Positions 25,079 through 37,530 of a DNA stretch of 64,000 nucleotides are shown one piece after another. The DNA is from Eledone cirrhosa (Eukaryota), in NCBI GenBank assembly GCA_964016885.1, contig OZ024740.1:386074001-386138000 (forward strand), written 5' to 3'. A model generated the notes under the pieces. The model ran no database searches and was not told the origin of the DNA. It saw only the letters and a list, made by a program, of their open reading frames with translations. A program made the translations under genes and the position numbers. Positions within the stretch are counted from its first letter, which is position 1. Each line of letters opens with the position of its first letter.

Positions 25079-25236
25079 ACTCATATAAACAGCAAAGTTG
25101 ACATGGCCCGCAGAATGTGTTCCTGGATTCCACCTTGAATACTGTGGTCTCCCCGATTACGATCTGAAGATCCGCTAAGGTGAAACAATTGATCTCGATA
25201 TGATGAACTAACTGTTGTGTTACCACTTATATATAT

Positions 25237-25309
<73 letters not shown>

Positions 25310-25403
25310 TTTCTAAAGAAATAAGGGTTTTAGGAAGCCGTAGATATGCAAACACTGGGTGGATAACACCCTCTGGTGGTGTCCAACAGAAGCAAGGGGC
25401 ACA

Positions 25404-25447
25404 ACCGTCTATGCATTTCAGGCTTTACTGGCCTTCGTCAGGACGGT
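25404..25447 (-). ncRNA. Type I hammerhead, CUGACGA core
   Basis: Reverse complement of 25791-25834. Confidence 0.88.
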
Positions 25448-25790
25448 CCCTCCCACCACTTGCGACTGTGGACTTGAAAACAGTCGAGAATATATAGTTT
25501 TCTCGTCTGTGTAAATGAGGTGATTAATCTCATTTGCATATGAAGCTGCATAAGTTGGCTCAACTTATAATAGAATAGAAATAAGATTTTACTTCAAGCA
25601 TAACTTTATACAATATGTATAGAAATTTCGTATTTCTAAAGAAATACGGTTTAAGGAAGCCGTAACTTTGCAAACACCGGGGCTAACGCCCTCTGGTTGT
25701 GTCCAGAGATTAATCACTTCATTTACACAGACGAGAAAACTATATATTCTCGACTGTTTTCAAGTCCAGCAGTAGCAAGCGGTGGGAGGG

Positions 25791-25834
25791 ACCGTCCTGA
25801 CGAAGGCCAGTAAAGCCTGAAATGCATAGACGGT
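25791..25834 (+). ncRNA. Type I hammerhead, CUGACGA core
   Basis: accgtc-CTGACGA-aggc/cagtaaa/gcct-GAAA-tgca-TA-gacggt; 6-bp stem I; stem III palindrome ATGCAT. Confidence 0.9.
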
Positions 25835-26067
25835 TGTGCCCCTTGCTTCTACTGGACACCACCAGAGGGCGTTATCTCCCCCCGGTTTTTGCATAACTAC
25901 GGCTTCCTAAAACCGTATTTCTTTAGAAATACGAAGTTTCTATACATATTGCATAAAGATACTTGGAAAATATCTATGCAAAGAAATTTTCCAAGAATCT
26001 ATATTGATTATGTAAAAAAATAAATCTTTAGTCAATGATAAACAAATTTGCAGGGTTATATCGACCG

Positions 26068-26114
<47 letters not shown>

Positions 26115-26573
26115 TTCTATTATATACATATTATATATATATATTATATACTTACCATCTGTATCGGTAGATAAATCAATGTAGATATAAGGAACTACAA
26201 CGACAATTATAATAGGTATGTACTGTACTCTGTGATTTCGATTTAAACTCCAAGAAAACAATAAACACTGAAAAATAAATTCAATGAAGTGGGTATTGAA
26301 TGTCACCGAGATAAATTTGCAGACAACATTCTATAAGATTATTAACAATACACACACACATACACACATACGCAGACACACATGTACATACACACACGCA
26401 CACACACACATTCATACATACATCAATACTCTTACGGACTTGAATTGTTCTATACCTTCGATATCCTCACCAAGCTATTACGATTTCGACGAATTAGTGA
26501 GATTACTGCGTAGAATAGTTGGCTCGTAACGGACAAATAAATATCTTCGTTCATATAATGTTTGTATTCAGAC

Positions 26574-26629
<56 letters not shown>

Positions 26630-26641
<12 letters not shown>

Positions 26642-27112
26642 TAGTGCGTCTGATCGACCTCAAGTTGTCGCGAGAAAGGAAGAATATTGGCGTCGTAAGT
26701 AGAGCTGGCCTGTGGAAGGGAGAGAGGGAAAGAAAGAAGGTAACTGTGGGAGGGAAAGGGAGAGGAAGAGAAAGAAAGCATGAAAGCACGGGGGACAGAG
26801 GAAAAGGCAAGAAAAGACAACTCACCTTAAGCATGATATCTCTCTAACCTGTCCCAACACAAACTCTATATGAACGAAGCTATATATTTCTCCGTTACAA
26901 GCCTCCTATTCAACGCAGTAATCTCATTAATTCGTCGAAACTGCAGGAAGTTGAGATCTGAAGGACATATTTTAATGTTTGTGACCTGTTCTCCCTCATC
27001 CATTCTATTTCTTCCTTCCTATCTTCTCTTCTTTCCTTCGAGTCAACTCACATCGAGCCGTTTTCTGTTTTTACAGCTTCCATACCGAGTTTTTCCATTT
27101 TCTTACGAATTA
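26630..27112. repeat. Unclassified interspersed repeat, copy 2 (lacks ~50 bp present in copy 1)
   Basis: Matches 15167-15700. Confidence 0.85.
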
Positions 27113-27134
27113 TATATATATATATATATATATA

Positions 27135-28003
27135 GTAATAATAATAAATTTGAAGACTAAAATCCAAAGAGGGCTCGATCAGGATAAATATATATCAAAT
27201 ATATAAGAACCGTAGAGCAAATATTTAAATTTCTTACTTGCACATAACATCACAGCTTCAAATTTAGCTAAACTACCTAGCCGTAGGAACACGTGCAACC
27301 CTGTAGTTAGTACTAACTGTAATTGTAGGAATCGGGTTGATTGCCCCCTATCCGGCAAATGCCTCTCTAGTAACATTGTCTACAAATGTAAGGTTGAAAC
27401 ACCCACGTCCCGTAGGGCCTACATAGGGTTAACCGCCAATAGATTCAAGCAGCGTCTTTACATGCATAGCCATTCTTTTCGTTACCCTCTAAGAAGGAAT
27501 ATGACGTCACTTTCAGCTTATATCTGGAGTCTAAAAGACAGCCACACCCAATATAAGTTACACTGGGAGATCCTAGCTAGGGCTAGATCGTATAACGGAA
27601 ATAAAAGACCATGTGACCTCTGCGTCGCTGAGGCCCTGGAAATACTCTACGCCACAGACCACATCTTAAACAAAAAATCTGAGGCAATTTCGGCTTGTAA
27701 ATATAAATTGCACAAAACTCTCCTGTATTACAGCCCCACATTATACCCTAACGGATAGTATGATCTATACGCGGATATTTTACGTCTTGATGTGGTAGCT
27801 AAGTATATGTTATGTTTATACCATTACTTATTTGCATAGGGAACGTTTCCACGAACCAAAGTATCGTCTTCCTGTCTTCCTCCGGTTGCAAGGTTTTTTG
27901 AAATATTCACTTCTGCGTTCACAGATTGACTTTGTTAGTTTCAGAAGATCCCGTTAAGGGTGAAAGCAGCGATTCTTTGCTTAAACTTTAATCTGTTATT
28001 TTA

Positions 28004-28010
<7 letters not shown>
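27135..28010 (+). mobile_element. PLE GIY-YIG 3' fragment with hammerhead
   Basis: CNCRNRVDCPLSGKCLSSNIVYKC..YIGLTANRFKQR..PCDLCVAE; (TA)n flanks. Confidence 0.88.
27937..27987 (+). ncRNA. Type I hammerhead, CAGAAGA (U4A) core, looped stem III
   Basis: agttt-CAGAAGA-tccc/gttaa/gggt-GAAA-gca/gcgattctt/tgc-TT-aaact; 5-bp stem I; triplet CUU. Confidence 0.65.
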
Positions 28011-28066
<56 letters not shown>

Positions 28067-28091
28067 AAAATATATATATATATATATATAT

Positions 28092-28447
28092 AAACAGTTG
28101 TTAGTTGGATAGCGCAAGCTATGGTTGTCTAGTTGCGTGCCAGTGGAGAAGGAGGGCAGGGCATGGAGCCAGGCACCACTGTGGGGTTTGGAGGCCGCAC
28201 GAAAACAAGCAAGGCGGTGCTGGTCGAGTTGGCGCGTGAGCCTGTCTGAGGCCAGGCTGCACTGGATGGCACCCCAAGTGCGTTGGGGGGACTTGACGTC
28301 AACAGGGGGAGAAGGAGGAGGGACGTCTACTGGGCTAAGTCCCAGCCGGTCCCACGTCTCACAGGCGGCCTCACGTTCTCTGAACACAGAGGGTTCTGTT
28401 GTGTTTTGAAGAACCCTGCTGACGAGGACGCGGCACGAGGTTACCAT
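28092..28447 (-). mobile_element. CRE-like (restriction-like endonuclease group) non-LTR retrotransposon fragment
   Basis: FRAASKPHSGAWLHALPSFSTGTQLD resembles the post-RT GAWLxALP motif of CRE-clade elements. Confidence 0.6.
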
Positions 28448-28454
28448 ATATATA

Positions 28455-28686
<232 letters not shown>

Positions 28687-28887
28687 GCGAAGCAAAGTTA
28701 GTAAATGTTGTTAGGGGTGAAATAGCACAAAATAAATGGTTTACTATTGATACAAAATTTACTTCACGTCAGTTAAAAAGAACAACGAATAGGTTATTAC
28801 GAGTTATAACGGTTAACGATGTTTTTGTCGTTACCTCGTTATGCTGGTGTAGTCTGTGGCTAAAGAAGGTAAGAGCCTGTAAGACCA

Positions 28888-28981
<94 letters not shown>

Positions 28982-29429
28982 CTGTAGATGTCTGTAGACC
29001 CCTGTAAACGACTGTAGACCCCAATGGGTCTGTAGGAAGTACATTTTTTATATAGCTATTCTCTCGTGTACTGCTTCGATCTGTATTTTGCTTGGTCTGA
29101 TACAGGCTATTTATATCTGTCGCCTCCTGTCTCTCGCCAATAGGGATCATCGCTCACGCATAGACTTGTTTACCCGTAAAGGAGGTGACCCAGAATTTGA
29201 CCTTTCTGTGTCACCCAGGGTTCAAGGTGCGGACAGATTTCGCTACATATACATGCTAGCTGAGTAGCCCGTGGTTGTCGAGCAATAATCACAATAGTAT
29301 GCCTTTATTTCAATATATGTATATTGACACAGAAAACTCAAATTCTGAGTCACCTCCTTTTCGAGATCCAGGGACTAGGAGAGTGATATGGTAGTGGAAT
29401 AGTAGGGTGGATAAAAAATTAAGGCCAAG

Positions 29430-30790
29430 AGACAAGCATGGAAGAAATAGCAAAATGGGGGTAGCAGAGAACTTTACCAAGTGGCCAGGAGAGAGGCGAG
29501 GCAACAAGTATGCTTTGCAAGAGAGAAGCTGAAAATAAAAGGTTTATGCATATTATACGACGTGAGATATTCAGAATCACAAGGTTGTGTGTCACGGAAA
29601 ATAGTGAAGTTGTGGGAGAGAAGTATGTTCGAGATGACAATAGTGCACTTGCCCTTACTGAAACCGAAAATAAGGTGGCATGGAAGTGTCATTATGAGAC
29701 TGATGAATGAGGAGAATGTGTGGGAGGAAGATAGCTTGTCCCAGATAGACCCCACAGAAGGACCAGCGGTACAAGTCAGCGGCAGTGGCGTAAGGTAATT
29801 AAGGATATGAAGACAGGCAAAGCAGCGGGGCCATGTAAGCTGGAGTCCATCAAGGCTCCGTCCTTATCCCTTTCTTATTATCGTCCTCCAGGCTATAACA
29901 GAAGAATTTAAAACAGGATGTCCTTGGGAACTCCTGTATGTTGATGATCTAAGTCTCATAACTGAATCTATGGCAGAACTAGAGGAAAGATTCCTGACCT
30001 AGAATCAAAATGCCTTAAAGTCAATTTGAAAAGGACTAAAGTCCTAGTAAGTAGAAAAGAAAACAAAGCTCAGCCAACCCTCAGAGATAGCCCTGCTCAG
30101 TGTGTAGAAAACTATGGGTACACAAGAGATGTAGTAGGATCTTAAGTAGTCTAGCTAAGGACATAGGTTTATATGTGACCGTTGCTCAGGAGCAGTAAGC
30201 AACAAACGCTCACAGGAGACAAGCGCTATAAGGTTCCGTAGAAGCAGTTGACAGCTTCTGATACCTGGGTGATGAAATTAGCATTGGAAGTGGGTGTTCC
30301 GAAAAAACAATAGCCAAAGTGAGAACGGGATCGAAAAAGTTCAGGGAGATACTACCGCTGTTAGCTACAAAACGTTTCCCCCTCAAAATGAAGGGTAGAT
30401 TGTATGATGCATGTATACGAACAGCGTGGGCGCTGTGCGCAGAGGACCTGCGATGATTGAAAATAAATTAAGTATGTAAGCTTCAATGGAAATTTAATAG
30501 TAATATACATGAACGACAAAGCATAAACCGAGAGAGAAACTGGGCATAAGAGGGATCCGATGCAGTGTGCAGAATAGGAGATTGCGTTGGTATGGACATG
30601 TAGTGCGTATGAAGGGTGATAGCTATATAAAAAGGCGCAGGGCGCTCAAAGTTGATGGATGCTATGGAATAGGAAGACTTGGGATGAGGTACTAAAAGCT
30701 GCTATTGCACAATTGCACCTCTCAAATGCGATGACACAGCATCGAGATCTCTGGCGTTATGCAGTCATACAGAAGACCCACTTTCATATG
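29430..30790 (+). mobile_element. Degenerate RTE-clade LINE ORF2 (3' part)
   Basis: GKAAGP, GCPWELLYVDDL, KTKVLVS, YLGD, KGRLYDACIR, RRLRWYGHVVRM, RKTWDEV with many stops and frameshifts. Confidence 0.8.
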
Positions 30791-30959
30791 AAGTATACAA
30801 CTAGTGTGCATCGCCCCCCCACCCACTTTCCTTACACCTCCCACACCCTTCACTAGTTAAGTACATCACCTTAGATCTATCTTTTCAATCTCCATGTTAC
30901 ATATACGCACCTCAACCTCACCCCCAGTCCACACTGAAAAGTGTTCATATTGGTGACAC

Positions 30960-31192
30960 GACTAAAAAGCGCCCAACGCACACTATAAAGAGGCCATTTT
31001 AGTGTCGCCATAAAACGCACCCTGTACATGTTGTAAATGTGGTTGGTGTTGGGAAGGACATCCAGCCGTAGAAACCAAGCCCAAAACAGTTTTTGTATGA
31101 GCAAGACACGGCCTTCTGATCTGACTTGTCTCACGAGACAATTCGTTTAACCCATGGTAGCGTGGAAAATGGACGTTAAGTGGTGATGATGA
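30960..31192 (+). mobile_element. SINE 3' portion with an RTE-related tail
   Basis: ggaaggacatccagccgtagaaacc...aacccatggtagcgtggaaaatggacgttaa(tga)n; the tail resembles the RTE 3' end at 47255-47290(-). Confidence 0.55.
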
Positions 31193-31315
31193 TATTATAT
31201 ATATATATTCTTTTTTTTCTTCTTTTTTGCTACTCCCTCTTCCTCTTTACCTAGCTATCGCTAATGCCCTCAACCTGTACTGTTTGTTTCATTTAATTAA
31301 CATTCCCAAACCACT

Positions 31316-31433
31316 TTTTCTGAGGATAGACAGTAAAATAGATTTTTGTGTGTGTGCTATTGATATGGAGCTACAAAACAGCATATGATCTGTACATTGA
31401 TAAATTTACTTGCCCTCTGAAACAATCGTAAAA
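31316..31433 (+). ncRNA. Degenerate type I hammerhead with long stem II in a PLE 3' remnant (31208-31475)
   Basis: tttt-CTGAGGA-..agtaaa../..tttact..-GAAA-caatcg-TA-aaa; stem III is one change away from ACGATCGT. Confidence 0.5.
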
Positions 31434-31471
31434 CATTATTACATCTTTTCTTATTTTTTTCATTGTTCAAA

Positions 31472-31502
<31 letters not shown>

Positions 31503-31752
31503 AATGTGTGTATGTGTGTGTGTACAAATCAATGATATTGATATTTTAATCTACACTTCTGTCCAGATGTCTTGGTTCATTCTTTGACAACGTTAAAGAG
31601 ACAAAAGTAAAAATAAACAGTATTTTACATAATATACTCTGGAACTGTCTCAACTGTATCAGCCTGGAACTAGATTTACATTCCCAGGTGAATATTAGCT
31701 ACACATCTCTGTGTGTCATAATCGTCTTTTGTAAAATATTCATTTTATGTTA

Positions 31753-32099
<347 letters not shown>

Positions 32100-32100
<1 letters not shown>

Positions 32101-32380
32101 ATCCATCTCCGTCGTGCTCTTATAATATCTGTCTGTATGCCTGGCTGTCTGTATTACGACATTCTGACGAACATTGACGACGTATTATGTTCGCTATTAT
32201 CCGTTCATTGTCAGGGAACGTCTTCACGAACCAAAGTATCGTCTTCCTGTTTTCCTTCGGTTGCAACGTTTTTCGAAATATTTACTTCTGCGTTCACAGA
32301 TTGATGTTTTTAGTTTCAGAAGATCCCGTTAAGGGTGAAAGCAACGATTTTTGCTTAAACTTTAATATGTTATTTTAATC
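32100..32380 (+). mobile_element. PLE 3' UTR fragment, family of 27135-28010, with hammerhead at 32312-32361
   Basis: 32214-32378 aligns with 27839-28004; agttt-CAGAAGA..GAAA-gcaa/ttgc-TT-aaact. Confidence 0.8.
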
Positions 32381-32427
32381 TATATATGTATATATATAAA
32401 ACTGAGGAAGGATGTATGTATGTATGT

Positions 32428-35229
32428 TATCTCTTTCTCTTAATTTCGAGTATATTTTTTTGACCGGCCACATTCCTGGTGGCAAGGTTGTAAAAGAAAA
32501 GAAATTGTCATCCTTTGAATCGCAAGAATGTTTTGCAAATTTTGAAGGTGCCAGCTATCGCAGCTATTTGTAGACTATGAATTAGGGAGCTGCGTTCTTT
32601 GTCCGCAAATCCAAGTTCAGTCATACTTTGGTCCAAACGGGTTGGTATATAACCCGTAGCTTCAATAATGATGGGTATGAAGCTAAAGGTGTATCTTGGA
32701 TACTGGATTTGCAAACTCCTCATCAATGGTCCGTAGATGTCCTCCTTCTCCTGTATTTTTCTGACAACGTTTACATCAAGTGGGCAGCTGATCCCCACAA
32801 CAGAACACGTTTTCAATGTGTGGTCCCAAACAACAATATCAGGCCGGTTGTGCTTTAATTTGGTGGCAGTTTTTATTTTCAGGTTCCACCAGTATTCCTT
32901 AGTGCCATCTGTCTAAATATATTCTTCCTCGTTTGTTAATTTTGTTTTCCGAAGTGCGTTCCAGATGGTTTTAGCTATCCCATCGTGTCTCATGGGGAGG
33001 TAGTAGCGAGATGACATTCTTTCGCAGCTGGCAACAATGTGGCTTACATCCTCGATCTTTGTTTTACATAGCATACGTTTATTGTCAGCTGATGGCCCTC
33101 CCCTTTTGTGCAGCAGATATTTGGTAGGGAGTTCTTGTTCCTGTATTGCATAGAGATATCCCTCAAGGTGTGATATCATAAACTTGTCGGAACTCCATGC
33201 CAGGCTTTTTGAGTGGTTTATCACCTCTATGGTCTGTGTTTTACGTCTCAAGTATCCATGCACAACTTTTTCTGTAAATTGGTCAATTTTTTCATCTTGT
33301 TTGAACATTGAATAGGATCTTCCGATTTCTCTGGGTGAGAGATTTATATCAGGCTTTATTCCATATCTCTCCTCCAGATCAGGGGCTATTCTAATGATAT
33401 ATTTTTTTTTCATGCTCATAAACCTGGGCAAGATGGTTGCCAACCTTTTTCCTCTGTTGAAGGTAATGCTTCAGTGTTACTATCCGGGTCTCATATGATG
33501 TTAATATGGATTTTAGACCCCGGCCACCTTCCTTGCGTTAGAAGTATAGCCTATCCACATCACCATTGATGTTAAAGTTCCCAGTAACACTGAGAAGTTT
33601 TCGAGTTCTAACATCCATCTCACTTAGTTCTTGCAATGACCAGTTCAGCGGGCCAAATGTTGGCGTTAGAATTGGCACAGCATAGGTATTGTGGGCAATG
33701 TATTTGTTGTATGCTGACAGTTCTGATGACCATATTTTCTTTACTCTTCTGAGGTATTCAGTTCTGGTTCTCTCCTTATTTATGGGTCCATCATATCTGA
33801 CATTCTCATCCTGTTTAAGATATCTGTAGTTGTCACCTGACTGTAGAGGTTGTATTGTCAGGCCGTTCATCTCTAGATTTCTAGAGGAGGGCACAGCTCT
33901 TCCACGTTTTACTGCCAAATATGCACACAATTTCATTTTGATGTCTGTTGAAAATTGTGTAATGAGGTCCAATTGTTTCTTGATGTCATTAATATTTGGC
34001 CCATACAACTCCAGGTCATCAACAAAGAAAAGATGGGAGATACTTCTTGACCCACTTCTTTGTCCACCTTGTTTCCTGAGTAGGTAAGATAGTTGATTTA
34101 GTGAGAGAACCAAGAGTAGCACTGACAAGCTATCACCCTGAAAATGCCCTTCTGGTAATGTATCCTATCAGTCTTAACTTGCTCCTTCTCACCTCTAAGG
34201 ATCAAATTGGTATACCAGTTCTTGGTCAGACGTTCAACAGCAGCTACCAGTGGTTGTGGGACTTTGGCTAACTGTAAAGCCTTAACAATCCACCCATGAG
34301 GTACACTATCTAATGCTTTTTGATAGTCCAGCCACACCACAGTCATGTTTCTGCGATTCTTTGTTGTTTTTTCTTGAATCATTTTATTAGTTAGTAGGTG
34401 ATCTATGCAACCCCATACCCCCCTCTTTCCACCAGCTTGCTCGGGTGTTATGATGTTGTTGGTAGCACAGTGATCCTGTAAGAACAGGTTAAGGCACCCA
34501 GTATATAATTTATACATGATGTTTGGCAGGCTATTGGGCGGTAATTTTTAGCAAGGGTGGTTTGGCTATTTTGGGGAATGAGGAGAGTAGTGGCAGTCTC
34601 GGCAGTTCTTGTGTGCTTTTAATAGTTTCTGTAAACAGCCGTATGAGATCTTGCCGATAGAAAGTGAAATTCTTCAACCAGTATCCTGTAATGAGGTCTG
34701 GGCCTGGCGATTTCCTATTCGACATTTTCTGTAGAGCTGTTTCCAGTATTGATCCATCTATGTCATATTGTTTTGTCTGGACATGTTGGCAGTAGTCCTG
34801 TTCCAGTTCTTTTAGCCAATTAGTTTGTCTGTTGAATCCGTCATCCGTTTCCCATACAGATCTCCAGTAGCTCTCAACCTGGTCTTTTGAAGGGGTGTCA
34901 TTTACAGGGATTGAGCTTTTACCACCAAAGCTGCGATAAACTGATTTAGGATCTCTGGCAAACAATCTATTTAGCACTTGTCGTTTATGTGCTGTTGACT
35001 TATATTTTAGTCTTTCTGTTGTAGCTGTGAGTTGTTGTTTCAACTGGTGTAATTTGGAGTTCAAAGTTTTAAATTTTGTATCTCCAAATCGTCTCTCTGA
35101 CTTTTTTTTTAGGTTTTCCCGGTGTCGTGTGAAGTTGCTCTCTATGTTGCATTTCATAACGACTGCGATGTGTGAGATACTTCGTCACAGGGACAAAATT
35201 TTGCTTTTTAAATTTCGCATCCACGCTGG
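32428..35229 (-). mobile_element. R4/Dong-clade non-LTR retrotransposon, copy 1 (5'-truncated, frameshifted)
   Basis: KSPGPDLI, WLDYQKALDSVPH, HLFFVDDL, CCHC knuckle (LCK..EDVSHIVASC), RHD, HNRPDI..ISCP..K (PD-(D/E)xK RLE); (ATGT)n at both ends. Confidence 0.9.
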
Positions 35230-35254
35230 ATGTATGTATGTATGTATATATGTA

Positions 35255-35850
35255 TGGTGCTACTGTTAACATGTATCCCAGTACAACCTGTCCCATGGTC
35301 GGGTCGTTGGCGACTAAACTGGCAACCCTACTAAGGTTTCTTGGTGAGGAGGGTGACTTTGGACATCCTGCAGGACAAAAACAAAACCTGTCAAAGGCCA
35401 AAGGAGCTCTTAAGATTCAATGGCCATCCAAAATCACCGGGAGAGATGACCCCTTAGCCTTTATCAAGGCAGAATTCTAGGAGAAGGAAAACTCTGATAT
35501 AACACCTGCAACCCTGATGGTATCCAATGATGTTGAATTGTTCTTCTTTTTGGTAAATATCATCTTGGTTAAGAGAGTGGGACTGGCTTTGTGCAGTGCC
35601 TTTGCTCACTATAAAAGCTTCACGGCACAGGCATTGCTTTATATCTGGAGATCTCTCAGCACTTGTTGTCACATGGTACCATGGGCCCAGCACTATGTGT
35701 CAATAATTGTGACAAGTGTAGTGTTTGTACAAGAGTTTTCAAGTTGCTGGCCGGACTAAAAAGTCACATTCGTTCAGCCCATCGGTAGGGGTTCTCCTAC
35801 ATGGATATAAAGTAGTGGCCGTACTCGAAAACGAGTTGGCAGCCACCATG
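35255..35850. mobile_element. Two convergent LINE 5'-UTR-like segments (RTE style) with HDV-like folds at the outer ends
   Basis: Plus segment 35255-35520 contains ctaggagaaggaaaactctga; minus segment 35850-35520 runs into an FNIIG endonuclease-start-like peptide; (ATGT)n flanks. Confidence 0.4.
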
Positions 35851-35864
35851 TATGTATGTATGTA

Positions 35865-37485
35865 TCTCTTTCTCTTAATTTCGAGTATATTTTTTTGACC
35901 GGCCACCTAGTGGCAAGGTTGTAAAAGAAAAGAAATTGTCATCCCTTGAATCGCAAGAATGTTTTGCAAATTTTGAAGGTGCCAGCTATCGCAGCCATTT
36001 GTAGACTATGAATTAGGGAGCTGCGCTTTTTGTCCGCAAATCCAAGTTCAGTCATACTTTGGTCCAAGCGGGTTGGTATATAACCCGTAGCTCCAATAAT
36101 GATGGGTATGAAGCTAAAGGTGTATCTTGGATACTGGATTTGTAAACTCCTCATCAATGGTCCGTAGATGTCCTCCTTCTCCTGTATTTTTCTGACAACG
36201 TTTACAACAAGTGGGCAGCTGATCTCCACAACAGAACACGTTTTCAATGTGTGGTCCCAAACAACAATATCAGGCCGGTTGTGCTTTAATTTGGTGGCAG
36301 TTTTTATTTTCAGGTTCCACCAGTATTCCTTAGTGCCATCTGTCTAAATATATTCTTCCTCGTTTGTTGTTAATTTTGTTTTCCGAAGTGCGTTCCAGAT
36401 GGTTCTAGCTATCCCATCGTGTCTCATGGGGAGGTAGTAGCGAGATGACATTCTTTCGCAGCTGGCAACAATGTGGCTTACATCCTCGATCTTTGTTTTA
36501 CATAGCATACGTTTATTGTCAGCTGATGGCCCTCCCCTTTTGTGCAGCAGATATTTGGTAGGGAGTTCTTGTTCCTGTATTGCATAGAGATATCCCTCAA
36601 GGTGTGATGTCATAAACTTGTCGGAACTCCATGCCAGGCTTTTTGAGTGGTTTATCCCCTCTATGGCCTGTGTTTTACGCCTCAAGTATCCATGCACAAC
36701 TTTTTCTGTATTTTTCTGTAAATTGGTCAATTTTTTTATCTTGTTTGAACATTGAATAGGATCTTCCGATTTATCTGGGTGAGAGATTTATATCAGGCTT
36801 TATTCCATATCTCTCCTCCAGATCAGTAGCTATTCTAATGATATTTTTTTTTCATGCTCATAAACCAGGGCAAGATGGTTGCCAACCTTTTTCCTCTGTT
36901 GAAGGTGTTGCTTCAGTGTTACTATCCGGGTCTCATATGTTGTTAATATTGATTTTAGACCCCGGCCATATTCCTTGCGTTAGAAGTACAGCCTATCCAC
37001 ATCACCATTGATGTCAAAGTTCCAGTAACACTGAGAAGTTTTCGAGTTCTAACATCCATCTCATTTAGTTCTTGCAATGACCAGTTCAGCAGGCCAAATG
37101 TTGGCGTTAGAATTGGCACAGCATAAGTATTGTGGGAAATGTATTTGTTGTATGCTGACAGTTCTGATGACCATATTTTCTTTACTCTTCTGAGGTATTC
37201 AGTTCTGGTTCTCTCCTTATTTATGGGTCCATCATATCTGACATACTCATCATGTCCAAGATCTCTGTAGTTGTCACCTGACTGTAGAGTTTGTATTGTC
37301 AGGCCGTTCATCTCTAGATTTCTAGAGGAGGGCACAGCTCTTCCACGTTTTACTGCCAAATATGCACACTTGGACTCACCAAATTTCATTTTGATGTCGG
37401 TTGAAAATTGTGTAATGAGGTCCAATTGTTTCTTGACGTCATTGATATTTGGCCCATACAACTTCAGGTCATCAACAAAGAAAAG

Positions 37486-37486
<1 letters not shown>
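35865..37486 (-). mobile_element. R4/Dong-clade retrotransposon, copy 2 (truncated at the FVDD motif)
   Basis: Near-identical to 32428-34033; (ATGT)n at the 3' end and (GATA)n at the 5' junction. Confidence 0.9.
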
Positions 37487-37526
<40 letters not shown>

Positions 37527-37530
37527 TATA

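Larger units (their letters stand above)
25302..25951. mobile_element. Retrozyme-like family A, tandem (25302-25708, minus) plus inverted arm (25709-25951, plus)
   Basis: Homologous to 23721-24120; hammerheads on both strands; no ORF; begins at a (GA)n tract. Confidence 0.78.
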
